Positions 13,371 to 26,069 of a DNA stretch of 43,741 nt are shown here, piece after piece. Source of the stretch: Octopus bimaculoides (taxonomy: Eukaryota); the NCBI RefSeq assembly GCF_001194135.2, contig NC_068986.1, forward strand, positions 114,957,716 to 115,001,456. The letters run 5' to 3'. The notes under the pieces are model-generated. The model was given only the letters and a program-made list of their open reading frames with translations, had not been told where the DNA came from and made no database searches. Position numbers and translations under genes: made by a program. Numbering within the stretch: the stretch's first letter is position 1; each line of letters starts with the position of its first letter.

Positions 13371-13490
13371 GTATATATATGCATATATATGCACGTATGC
13401 ATACACACACACATATATATGTATATGTGCAAACATATATACACGTATATATATTTATATATATATGCATATATATGCACGTATTAATAC

Positions 13491-13543
<53 letters not shown>

Positions 13544-13960
13544 NNNNNNNNNNNNNNNNNNNNNNNNNNNNNNNNNNNNNNNNNNNNNNNNNNNNNNNNN
13601 NNNNNNNNNNNNNNNNNNNNNNNNNNNNNNNNNNNNNNNNNNNNNNNNNNNNNNNNNNNNNNNNNNNNNNNNNNNNNNNNNNNNNNNNNNNNNNNNNNNN
13701 NNNNNNNNNNNNNNNNNNNNNNNNNNNNNNNNNNNNNNNNNNNNNNNNNNNNNNNNNNNNNNNNNNNNNNNNNNNNNNNNNNNNNNNNNNNNNNNNNNNN
13801 NNNNNNNNNNNNNNNNNNNNNNNNNNNNNNNNNNNNNTATATACATACATATGTGTGTGTGTGTGTGTATCTCCCTATATATACGATGGAATCTCCTGTC
13901 GAAGACGACGTACGGGTGTTCGTAGAAGACACTATACATACATACACACACATACACAGA

Positions 13961-14004
<44 letters not shown>

Positions 14005-14021
14005 TACATACTCACGCACGC

Positions 14022-15765
14022 ACACAACAATAATGATAAGGAGACTGGAGATTTTTCACACCCATAATTTATTTAACAGTTATTTACAACGTATTTTCCG
14101 GACCTACACGTGTTTCAACTGCAGAGACTGCACACTTTTGGATATGCAACCTAACATCATCGTCGGTGCAGTTTGGTCATGGTCCGTCAATCCAGACCTT
14201 TCCGAAGTACAGCTGAAAGAATTAATAAACTGAATGAATAAAGTGTTCAGCGGGAGGTAGGTGTGTTACCATTAATAGTCGTAGCAATCTTGATCGAGGG
14301 TTCACCTCTACTATCATTGTAGGTGAAGCGAAACATAGTCATAAAAGTAGGTCATAAAAAAGGTTGGATTAAATATTCATGTAGATTTATTAAGTCTAAA
14401 AGTTCCACGCGTTGCAAAGAGTATATTATAAGTGTAGAGCAGTGTTTCCCAACCTCTTCACAGTGGTTTCCAGCGGTGGTTCCCAACCCTTTTTATTTAA
14501 ATGAGTTTTCCCGCAGACTCCTTTTAATTTTAAATTTAGTTAACGAACCCACAGTACTAGCTTTGAGGACCACCAGGGATCCGCGGACCTCAGGTTGGGA
14601 ACCAAGGTGTAGAGGTATCTTATTATGTTTGATTTATTTATTTTTGTTTCTCAATAATAATCATAATTATTATTATTCTATATAGTATTATGTATTTATT
14701 TCAATTGCTTAAATGTATATCTTCTAGTGTGAAGGCATCTCAGTGATCGTTGTTGCCTTGTGTCTATTAGATTAAATTTTGAAGTGAAAATGTGGTACAT
14801 TTCCTCTACGCATAAGTCGTATCTCTTACCATCTATTCTATAAGGTTTAGCTCCACTAATAATATCCCAGCCTATCAAATAGATTTTGCTACTATCTTTC
14901 AGCGACCAAATCAGCTTACTTAGGCTAGTGTTATTACTTTTGTCCCTATATTTAAAAGAATTTACATGGTTAGCTATCCTTTGTTTGACAAAACGTGAGA
15001 TAACACCAATATAAAAATACACTTTATTTCCTGAGGTAACTTTACACCTGTAGACTACATTTTTAGTCTTACATCTAAAATTTAACGGGCATTATCTATT
15101 CCTTGCGCAATCACAGGTATTAGTTCTATTTGTATTATTATTTTCTATGTTGGCTTCACTAGGGGTGATTTCTAAATCATTTTGCCTATTTTTTTAGGAT
15201 ATTTCTTCATCTTACATTGATGACATTCTGGGTACTACACTTTCTAACATTTCTATCCCCCCTTCCAAGGCTTGCGTTGGAGTTTGTTATTGTAGCTTCC
15301 CTTTGATTAGTGCTTCTGCTATAGCCATTTTTCCTACACCTAGTTTGGTAAATTATATTAACAACGTTACTATTTATTATTATCCACAATCTATATTCTG
15401 GTTATTACTGTCAGTATTCACAAAGAAACTGCTTAACTTTCTTGCGTTGTGTGCTGCTAGAATTTGCGCGAGATTTCTTTTATTAGAAAAGGCTAGTCGG
15501 ATTCTATGTTTGTTAAACACTTTATGGTATTTGCTATTTTTTGGAAAATGTTTCTCCAATGTCGAGCAGAAAAAATTTGGAATGCTGGAAAGTATTTGCT
15601 TTCCGAAGGGAAACGCTCTAGAGTGAAGGACCCTGACAAAACTGCACCAACAATGTGCAGTCGCTGCTGTTGAAACGTGCAGGTCCGGAAAATATGCTGC
15701 AAATAACTGTTCAATAAATTATGGATGTGAAAAATCTTAATTCTTCTTATCATTATTAATGTTGT
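14022..15765 (-). mobile_element. Penelope-like element remnant: GIY-YIG C-terminus flanked by inverted terminal repeats
   Basis: Minus strand: CDC...CPLNFRC, NVVYRCKVTSGNKVYFYIG, KQRIANH..SF, LSKLIWSLK, W.II..AKPY, DLCVEE (14700-15626). Repeats at 14022-14190 and 15627-15765 are inverted copies carrying decayed hammerheads. Confidence 0.75.
14440..14606. mobile_element. hAT/Charlie-like MITE
   Basis: TIR CAGTGTTTCCCAACC ... GGTTGGGAACCAAG; 8-bp TSD GTGTAGAG at 14432-14439 and 14607-14614. Confidence 0.75.
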
Positions 15766-15937
15766 TAATTACTCTACGGTACATATGCAGTCCTGAACAG
15801 GACACACGGAATTATCCAGCGAGAGAAGTTGCCAGGGCCTAGCAACTCATTGTTAGCTCAAGTACTATATACGGACTGTTGTGGTTAGCCGACATCTGAA
15901 ACCATATACACACACATACATACATGCATGCATGCAT

Positions 15938-16038
<101 letters not shown>

Positions 16039-16042
16039 TATA

Positions 16043-16208
16043 TACGACGGGCTTCTTTCAGTTTCCGTCTACCAAATCCACTCGCAAGGCTTTGGTCGAC
16101 CCGAGGCTATAGTAGAAGACACTTGCCCAAGGTGTTACGCAGTGGGACTGAACCCGGAACCATGTGGTCCGTAAGCAAGCTACTTACCACACAGCCACTC
16201 CTACGCCT
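16043..16208 (-). mobile_element. tRNA-derived SINE family B, 5' half
   Basis: Minus strand: GGAGTGGCTGTGTGGTAAG (A-box), CCGGGTTCAGTCCC (B-box), CCTTGGGCAAGTGTCTT (CORE-like); then runs into (TG)n. Confidence 0.82.
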
Positions 16209-16792
16209 ATATGTATGTTAATTATGTTACCTCATCGCCCCTAAAGTTTAACACCCTCTCCGACATGTCCTGCGGTCTCATCCACGTTGAAAATCTCTTA
16301 TATTTCGACCTGTCATCCCTTACAGTCGAAATGCATATGGTGGGACCAAATGCTAAAAAACTCTAAATGCTTGAATCCATCCAGAGGTAGAGAAATTCGC
16401 GAGTGATAGAGTGGAGGAAGGTGCGTAGAGGGGGAAGAGAGAGAAATTGAAGATGACGTCACTCTGGTCGAAATATATTAGCTATCAAACCAACGACAGA
16501 TCTCTGTCTGATCACTCGACATACGGGAAATAACAGTTGGATTTCCTTCAAGTGACACGTTACGGTTTTGAAACAGGGAACGTACATACATTCATACACT
16601 TTCTTTCATTTTATTTAGAAATCTGAAGTTACTCTATCCTGATTACAAGTTCAGGTTTATACCTGTAATTATTGGAGCTCTGGGATATGTAACACACTGC
16701 CTAAATACCAATCTTGTGAAATTAGGCTTCTCAAAACCAGAAAGGAGAAAGCTGATTCGAAGACGACAGATCCAATCTATCACTGGAACTGT

Positions 16793-17065
16793 AAAAAATC
16801 TGTAAAACTTTCCGGAAGTTTATCATTTAAATACATATGAGCATGTCTAGATATGTAACTATATGCATGAGAATATATATATAAAGCAAAACATACAAAC
16901 CTGCACATATCCATCCATCCATACATACATACATACACACATACATACACACATACACATACATACATACATACATACATACATACATACACACACATAC
17001 ATACATACATACATACATACATACAAACATACATACATACATACATACATACATACATACATACA
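16793..17065 (+). repeat. Interspersed repeat with (TACA)n; inverted copy at 30543-30817
   Basis: aaaatctgtaaaactttcc.gaagtttatcattt...tatgagcatgtcta.atatgtaactatatgcatgagaata is shared by both loci. Confidence 0.85.
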
Positions 17066-17364
17066 GAAATACAATGTTGTTGATGTTGAAATTCCGATGA
17101 AGGAGCCTTGAATCTAAGTTAGAAACCAACTCTTTCCTTCTTGACAAAAAAATCTTGAAGTAAAACTGAACAATGACATACATACGTTCGTACATCTTCA
17201 GATTTGGAGTAGAACTACAATGCAGATACTCTGAGAATACAACAGTCTCATGCGACCCAAAGAAGCTTGACTGACCTACCCGAGCAGAAGCTTGGAGGAA
17301 AAGCAGGCATTTGGTAAAAAAAAAACAAGAAAAAACCCCAAAAAACAAGACAAAACCAATAGTG

Positions 17365-17690
17365 ATAGTCATGGCTAGAACCATCATAAATGACTTCAGC
17401 CCAGGTTGATTTGGAGGCTAAACAAGACCACCACCACCAACTAGTAACCACTACAGCCAGCTGTATCGCCATTAACATGATAGCAGGACGAAGCGAGTGA
17501 ACTTCTACGTGGCCGAAATAGCAGCTAAACTTTACTCAATTCACATTGCATCCTCTTCAAAAAGAAATGAAGGTCACATATGAAAATGTAGTCTTAGTTA
17601 TAGAAGGGTCAAGAAGGAGGGAAGGTCATGGTTAGAATGCCTTTGGTCATATCTCTCCTTCACCGCGGTTGAGCTGCAGCTAAACAACAA
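17365..17690 (+). repeat. Two old 3' ends of a further SINE-like family; related copy at about 1565-1630
   Basis: Shared motif ggtcatggctggaatgcctttggtcata...gctaaacaac, followed by CAA/CCA-type repeats in all three. Confidence 0.45.
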
Positions 17691-17768
17691 GAACAACAAT
17701 AACCACGACTACTACCACCTCTACTATTACCTCTACTATTACCTCTACTATCACCATCACCACCTCAT

Positions 17769-17801
<33 letters not shown>

Positions 17802-19005
17802 CATCATCATCACCTTCACCGACATGACGACGACGACCACGACATCTACCACTGCCTACACCCCCTCCCACAGTTCCACCCCGCCCCCAACCCCACACTA
17901 GCAACTACTACCACAACATCCAAACAATCACCACTGACCACCGATACCTCCACACCCTAACCTTAACTACCGCAAGCATACTAACCTTNNNNNNNNNNNN
18001 NNNNNNNNNNNNNNNNNNNNNNNNNNNNNNNNNNNNNNNNNNNNNNNNNNNNNNNNNNNNNNNNNNNNNNNNNNNNNNNNNNNNNNNNNNNNNNNNNNNN
18101 NNNNNNNNNNNNNNNNNNNNNNNNNNNNNNNNNNNNNNNNNNNNNNNNNNNNNNNNNNNNNNNNNNNNNNNNNNNNNNNNNNNNNNNNNNNNNNNNNNNN
18201 NNNNNNNNNNNNNNNNNNNNNNNNNNNNNNNNNNNNNNNNNNNNNNNNNNNNNNNNNNNNNNNNNNNNNNNNNNNNACCACTACATATAATCTTACAACC
18301 ATCACCACTACGACCGCTGCCATTGCCACCACCTCACCCCCACCACAACTACAACCACCACTACCATCACCCCCTCCCCCACCACTACATATAAACTTAC
18401 AACCATCACCACCACCACCACCACCGCCACCACTTGAAGGCAATTCTTTAAGGAGAAGCTCTGCGTGTCCCAGCAATTCACACAGACTTTCATTAAAACT
18501 AAAACAAAAGTGTGCTGCTGGTTTTTAATGAAAACCACTTCCGGTCTAGAACTTGTAGCTTGCCTATTTCTACTTCCGGTAGAGTGCATCATCACGACCG
18601 GAGCTGATGATAGAGATGTGTGGTGGTGGTCGTGGATGGAATGGAATATATTTGTGTTTGTAAATGTGGCTTGAAATAGGTTTGGTGTAGATATAACGGA
18701 AGTTAGAGGGGAAACGTGTACAAGAGGTGGAGGGGGTGAAGACATGTGGTGGTGTGATCAAATCTAATCAGTAAAACAAGGGAAGACAACTGAGGGGTCT
18801 ACATTAGTAACAGTGAAATCAGTAAAGTGAGTGGCGGCGGGGAGGGGAAAAAAATGAGCATTGATAGGATGCCGTGAGGAGAAATATCTAAAATGAAAAT
18901 TTACTGGCAGCAGATCAAGTGTTCGTGTGCACATATCTGAGGATTGTGCATGTGTGTGAGTGAATTAGATAGATAGAGAGAGAGAGAGAGAGTGTGTGAG
19001 CAAAT

Positions 19006-19065
<60 letters not shown>

Positions 19066-19366
19066 GAGTGAGAGAGGGCGTATCTTTCTCTGTGTATATG
19101 TATGTACACTCAGCTATATGTGTCCTTGTATGCTTGTACATATTTTTATGTATGTTTGTATTTCTCTCTATATATGTATATAAATAAATTCACCTACACG
19201 TATTTGTACAACACACACACACACACATACACACACACATACACACACACTCTTATATAGCTTAGCTAAGTTGATGATATCAATGTATATGTGCAGGGGT
19301 GTATATGAGTGTGTGTGCATGTATGTGTATATATTAATATATATATACATATTTCTGGTTTTATAC

Positions 19367-19417
<51 letters not shown>

Positions 19418-19460
19418 ACTGATGTAATTATACGTAAGAATGTATGTCTGTTATTATGTA

Positions 19461-19495
<35 letters not shown>

Positions 19496-20547
19496 NNNNN
19501 NNNNNNNNNNNNNNNNNNNNNNNNNNNNNNNNNNNNNNNNNNNNNNNNNNNNNNNNNNNNNNNNNNNNNNNNNNNNNNNNNNNNNNNNNNNNNNNNNNNN
19601 NNNNNNNNNNNNNNNNNNNNNNNNNNNNNNNNNNNNNNNNNNNNNNNNNNNNNNNNNNNNNNNNNNNNNNNNNNNNNNNNNNNNNNNNNNNNNNNNNNNN
19701 NNNNNNNNNNNNNNNNNNNNNNNNNNNNNNNNNNNNNNNNNNNNNNNNNNNNNNNNNNNNNNNNNNNNNNNNNNNNNNNNNNNNNNNNNNNNNNNNNNNN
19801 NNNNNNNNNNNNNNNNNNNNNNNNNNNNNNNNNNNNNNNNNNNNNNNNNNNNNNNNNNNNNNNNNNNNNNNNNNNNNNNNNNNNNNNNNNNNNNNNNNNN
19901 NNNNNNNNNNNNNNNNNNNNNNNNNNNNNNNNNNNNNNNNNNNNNNNNNNNNNNNNNNNNNNNNNNNNNNNNNNNNNNNNNNNNNNNNNNNNNNNNNNNN
20001 NNNNNNNNNNNNNNNNNNNNNNNNNNNNNNNNNNNNNNNNNNNNNNNNNNNNNNNNNNNNNNNNNNNNNNNNNNNNNNNNNNNNNNNNNNNNNNNNNNNN
20101 NNNNNNNNNNNNNNNNNNNNNNNNNNNNNNNNNNNNNNNNNNNNNNNNNNNNNNNNNNNNNNNNNNNNNNNNNNNNNNNNNNNNNNNNNNNNNNNNNNNN
20201 NNNNNNNNNNNNNNNNNNNNNNNNNNNNNNNNNNNNNNNNNNNNNNNNNNNNNNNNNNNNNNNNNNNNNNNNNNNNNNNNNNNNNNNNNNNNNNNNNNNN
20301 NNNNNNNNNNNNNNNNNNNNNNNNNNNNNNNNNNNNNNNNNNNNNNNNNNNNNNNNNNNNNNNNNNNNNNNNNNNNNNNNNNNNNNNNNNNNNNNNNNNN
20401 NNNNNNNNNNNNNNNNNNNNNNNNNNNNNNNNNNNNNNNNNNNNNNNNNNNNNNNNNNNNNNNNNNNNNNNNNNNNNNNNNNNNTATATATATATATATG
20501 TATATAATGGATGTAACTATATGTACGAGTGTGTGTGTTATTATGTA

Positions 20548-20585
<38 letters not shown>

Positions 20586-21954
20586 TAAAGAAGTGGAGTT
20601 AGATAATGACATACATTAATTTAGAGCTGTTAAAACTATAAACAGCTGCACTCTAATCCATCTGATAATCTAACTGCTAATATTTTGCCGTTCATGTATT
20701 AACAGATATTGTACTCTGTACTTATATTCTGGTTTATATAAAAGGTGGGAGGTGAGGACGTCCGTGATTCACACCTCCTCGTCTCTGGAGATTAGTAATG
20801 TTGAGCATTATAAGTCCTTTTAGTTTTAATTAGTTATAGGCTTTGTTATAGCTAAACACGATTTATACATACAATTACCCGCGTACACACACACACGACA
20901 AGCTCTACCTAAGAACAGATAAAGGGAGTAGAGGCTTGAGGTCAGTGCAGACAGTTTTACGAAGTATAGTCTCTCAGACATCACTTGCTAAACAACAGCA
21001 GCAAAAATGAATACATTAACTTAGTGCTCAAAAGTGAATCAAACAGTATCCTACGAGCTCCCCGGGAAGTACCCTCTTCCTGATGACCTCCCATACAACC
21101 CCTAGTCAGCCGGACAAGCATATCTCAGAGAAGACCTGGATGTGTAACGCTCAGTATACCAAGAAAAGGACTATACATGGATGTGTTTCTCGAAGACATT
21201 TTTTAAATACAAAGGCCAATGCAAAATTTCCTATTCTAAAATTGTCAAAATAGCCGACCATTTAACCGTCCTTACCGTCACACGTATAGATCATTGTCTT
21301 CTAACACCCTAAGCCTATATTGCCTATATTGCTATTTAATCAACACCTACAGAGCATTGATTTTCCTCTGTATAGCACTGCGTTGGATATCTACTCTCAC
21401 CACTCCTCACACAGTATCTCACAAGCCCGGTGCGAGTGACAAGAAAGCCGAACATTTCTATAAAGATTTCTCCAACTCTGAAACAGTCGGTCAACCAGCC
21501 TTAGGTTCCCCGCACGCTTCAACCATTTTCCTCTGATCAAAGTCAATAATTCAAAAAATCAATAATTCGATATGCTCAGTCTTTTAGGTTATTACATGTT
21601 CTCTCCAGTCACTTCAATTTTTACAAAGCGATAATATTCTGAGCTATGTGGATGGTTTTAAATACCTGGCTTTATTTGTGTCCAGCTCAGAAAAGAATTT
21701 CTTGAGCCTGAAAGCCATGCTTTGACCAGTTTGAAACGAACCGGCTAAAATTTTGATTTTTCATTTAAACCTTTCTTTTAAAAATTAACCAATACGTTCT
21801 GTGTTCTTGCTGAGCCAGTTCAGAGATCAAACGCTTCTTATCAGTCTTCAAAAAAACGATCAGATGGTTATAATAACCATCTAATCGTTTTTCTAGCGCA
21901 GGTCACAAAATCTTCCGGGGTAAATTACACACAAAAACAACAAACTTATTGTAC

Positions 21955-22042
21955 AGTTCTATGCCCACGGGCATATGGCGTAGTGGTGTTTAAGAGCGTG
22001 GGCTACTAACGCCAAAATTCCTAGTTCGATTCCAGGCAGTGA

Positions 22043-22114
<72 letters not shown>

Positions 22115-22265
22115 TATCGAAAAATACCATAGGAATTAGAACCCAGGTTTGAAATTTCCCCAAGATACCTGATGAAGGCTGGAGGGTATATCAGCCGAAA
22201 CGTTGTGTTAACAACAAACGAAATGAGGACAAATATCCGTCAAATGTAAATAATGTAAATTATGT
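21955..22265 (+). mobile_element. tRNA-headed SINE-like element with an internal (AAT)n and a hammerhead-like 3' domain
   Basis: A-box TGGCGTAGTGG, B-box AGTTCGATTCC, (AAT)n at 22047-22110, CTGATGA...GAAACGT core, tail of tgtaaata/tta repeats. 13-bp direct repeat aaacttattgtac at 21942-21954 and 22266-22278. Confidence 0.8.
22164..22209 (+). ncRNA. Minimal type I hammerhead ribozyme-like motif, core intact
   Basis: GAUAC / CUGAUGA / A / GGCUG-loop-CAGCC / GAA / ACGU / U / GUGUU. Stem I is 5 bp with two G-U pairs, stem II is 5 bp, and a palindromic ACGU replaces stem III. Confidence 0.65.
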
Positions 22266-22708
22266 AAACTTATTGTACTTTACCACTCACCTCACAAACA
22301 ATGAGCCAACGCGGAGTACAATACAGGGAATCAACGTAAAGTACAATTTGCTAAGTAATAAAACAACAAGAGTCATCAATTGTCTTCGGGGACCTCGACC
22401 AGCTGGTGGAGCAAAGCTGCAAGCTTTGTTATCCAGTTGATATAGCCGGCGATTCAGGATATGAAGGGCAAGACCTTGTCTTGGTAATGCACGATGTTTG
22501 AGGTCTGAGATGTTTGAGGTCTGTCTCGATTAGAGTTGCAATTGACGACGATGATGATGATGAGGATGATGACGACGGTTTATGTTTTTTCTCGCACACA
22601 ACGAGAAACTCTAGATATCTCTGCAGTAAATCAACAACTTCGAACGAACGAATAGACCGGATCATGTATTGAGCACTCCCCCCGTCGTTTGGATCTTCGA
22701 AGAAATTC

Positions 22709-22739
<31 letters not shown>

Positions 22740-22818
22740 ACCACACACACACACATATTTACACACACACTTTCACACATACACATGTATATACACACAT
22801 ATATGTGTATATGTATAC

Positions 22819-22891
<73 letters not shown>

Positions 22892-23129
22892 TGCATTCTT
22901 GCATCTAATAGACGAGACACTCATTGCATTCTCTCCCGTCCACCATCAACCCCTTTTGTCTTTCACATACACACACACACACACACATTCTCATGTCTTA
23001 ATCTCTTCCCCCACTCCATCCCTACTCCGCCTTCTACTCTCAGTCTCTTCCTCTTAACATTTCTATTCCATGTGATGTGTCACTTAGTGATGGGGCTATG
23101 GGGTGTAGGGGTGTCGGTGATTGATGTAC

Positions 23130-23166
<37 letters not shown>

Positions 23167-23758
23167 CATAGTAGTGGTGATGGTGTTGGTGATGATGATG
23201 GTATCGTTAGTGATTACGGTGTGTTGGTTTGGTTGTTGTTGTTGTTGTTGGTGTTCGGTTCTTTATTGCTTCATCAGTGATTGCTTTCGATTTGATTAGG
23301 ACGATTTCATCTCACTTCAATACTTTTCTCTCTCTCTCTCTCTATTCCCCCTCTCTTTCCTTTCCATCCGTCTTTCTGCCGTCAGCATACTAAGCCAACG
23401 CCTATTACACCACCACCACCACCGCCGCCGCCGCCACCGTCGCATCACAAAGCCACAGTTGGGAAAAAAGATAAGGTGGTGATGCAGAGGTAGAAACGTA
23501 CCACGTTTTAATGAATGGTCTTAGAGGTGGTGGCTGCAGTAGTTTTGGTTGTAGTTGTGTCTCCTCCCCACAACAAGCCAAGGAGTGATGTGAATGTAAA
23601 AGGAGGTGGTGGCGGGGATTGAACAGTTTCACTCGCTGTTTCCTCAGTCCACAGTCTGAGTATTTCGTGTAAATAGACACCCACACGCGAGCGCGTGCAT
23701 ATGTGTGTGTATGCATATATTTGTATGCATGTATGTATGAATGCGTGTATGTATGTGC

Positions 23759-23841
<83 letters not shown>

Positions 23842-23846
23842 CATAT

Positions 23847-24254
23847 ACTCTTTTACTTATTTCAGTCGTTTGACTGTGGTCATGCTGGAGCACCGCCTTT
23901 AGTCGAGCAAATCGACCCCAGAACTTATTCTTTGTAAGCCTAGTACATATTCTATCGGCTTCTTTTGCCGAACCGTTCAATTACGGGGATGTAAACACAC
24001 CTGCATCGGTTGTCAAGCGATGTTGGGGGTGGGGACAACCACAGAGACACAAACATATACAAACACATACATATAAATATATATATATACATGTATACGA
24101 CAGACTTTTTTCAGTTTCGTCTACCAAATCCACTCGCAAGGCTTTGGTCGGCCTGAGGCTATAGTAGAAGACACTTGCCCAATGTGCCACGCAGTGGGGC
24201 TGAACCCGGGACCATGCGGTTCGTAAGCAAGCTACTTACCACACAGCCACTCCT
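23847..24254 (-). mobile_element. SINE family B, full length, with internal microsatellite and CR1-like tail
   Basis: tRNA head, CORE-like segment, (TA/TG)n, then a 3' module ending ggcggtgctccagcatgaccacagtcaaacgactgaaataagtaaaagag. Confidence 0.85.
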
Positions 24255-24287
24255 ATACATATACATACATACATACATATATATATA

Positions 24288-24325
<38 letters not shown>

Positions 24326-24660
24326 TATATATATGTATGTTCTTCTTTGGTTCTGTATGTTCTTCCTTGGTGCACATTGTTAGCGATGCAAGGCAAGAAA
24401 GAAAACTGGAGCGGTAAAGGTCAAGCCTCGGTTGCATCATAATCACAGGTGTACCACCTTTTAGCACCTGAACGCTGAAGGCAGTGTGGCCAACCTAAAG
24501 AAAGTTTTGGCGTAAACGCAGATAATTTTTGACTTCTCTTGTATGCACACACACACACGCATACACACGTATGTACATATGTATGCATATATGTATGTAT
24601 ATATATATGTATATGTATATATATATATCCACCACCACCAGCAACAACAACAACAACAAT

Positions 24661-24703
<43 letters not shown>

Positions 24704-24886
24704 GCAACAACCCCAGCACCAATGGCAGAGAATATTTGGTTGAAATGAAAATAAGAGAATAAGAATAAGGTGAATGAGAAGTTAAAGGAATAACCACGGT
24801 GGAGGCATTGAAAATGTACGACACAGTGACTGGCAATGATTGGCGGAAGATATTTGAGAGGAAGTGAAAAGAAAGTTGTTACTTAC

Positions 24887-25000
24887 CCAAGAAAATCCAA
24901 CACAACCAATGGCATCTGATAACATGTCTCCGATAATAGACGGGTAGGAATTACCTGAGGGAAAGTAAGCGTGGAAGTTCGGATGTTGCCAATGCGTGAT
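24887..25000 (-). CDS. Tdc: Tdc-like coding exon 2, 114 nt, phase 0/0
   Basis: tttag|ITHWQHPNFHAYFPSGNSYPSIIGDMLSDAIGCVGFSW|gtaagt. Not in the ORF track; read manually. Confidence 0.95.
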
Positions 25001-25057
25001 CTAAATGGGAAGTGGAAATTAAATAGAAGTTTTAGAATACAACAACAAAAACAGTAG

Positions 25058-25089
<32 letters not shown>

Positions 25090-25945
25090 ACAACAGTAGC
25101 AGTAGCAGCAACAACAGTAATAACCAGTGTGTAAATCCTAAAACAGTATGGAACGAAATGCATTATGATAGCTTATTAGATTAGTGTACGTTTTGGGCTC
25201 AGGCTCCATGGATGTCAACTTAGCCTTTCGTTCATTCAGGGATCGATAGAATGGTAGACCATCAAGATTGGTAGACCTAATCCGTCAAATCGATTTAAAA
25301 CTATCACTTGTCTTTTGGGTTACGTCTGATAAATTCCAGTCTGATGGAAACAATTGGGAAAGGTCTCAGCTTCCTTCCTTCCTTCCTTCCTTCCTTCCTT
25401 CCTTTCTTTCTTTCTTTATTTTAGTACGGGGTGGGAAGGGGCTGAAAAGGGCCATCAACGCCGTCCTTCAGATTCTGACTGAATCATTAAAAACAAAACA
25501 AATTAAATAATCTTTATCTTTTCCGAAATGTTGAAGTATTTCTGCTACAAAGCCAAAGATTATCCGCATGAATGTTACCAACCAAGCTTAATATCAGAAA
25601 GCAAGCCCACACATTTGGAAAGATGATGTGAAAATATCGATCTTGAAAGTAGAGAAAACCAGTCAGGGAAACGTTCCGCAATAAGTCTAGAGCTGGTGGA
25701 AGAGAAAACATGGGAAAAACTCGCTGACATTGGTGAGAAAAAATATGAGGGAAATTACAGATAAACCACATTTTACAAAACTCGGATCAAATTCCACTGG
25801 ATTTTTTTTACTTAATCTCAGGTGACCTTCATGAAGTTGTATGGTAAGACTGTCCTGGTTTTAGTTCATGAGAAACTCTCCGACTAAGTCTGAAGAGCAG
25901 GACAGATATTTAAAAATCTGCCGTTCTCTGTCCTTCATGTCAAAC

Positions 25946-26010
<65 letters not shown>

Positions 26011-26069
26011 TAATAATAATAATAATAATAATAAAAATAATAATAATGATAATAATAATAATAATAATA

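Noticed and set aside
12982-14233. Overlapping YI/CV/HT-rich ORFs, and similar poly-N, poly-I, poly-Y ORFs elsewhere
   Set aside because: Translations of (TA)n, (CA)n, (TACA)n and (TAA)n; no coding signal.
17085-17140. CCGATGAAGG...GAAACC hammerhead-like sequence
   Set aside because: U4 is absent, there is no convincing stem II and no palindromic stem III. It may be a decayed relative, but this copy does not support it.
18278-18430. About 105-bp tandem duplication in CCA-rich sequence next to a gap
   Set aside because: Low-complexity and gap-adjacent; could be an assembly artefact and has no evident function.
21970-22040. tRNA gene call (also considered for the SINE A and B heads)
   Set aside because: A and B boxes are present but there is no complete cloverleaf, and the sequence continues into SINE body; treated as a tRNA-derived head.
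25514-25945. Possible RTE or RLE LINE end before a (TAA)n tract (EEKTWEK..EKKY)
   Set aside because: The motif similarity is too short and ambiguous to call.
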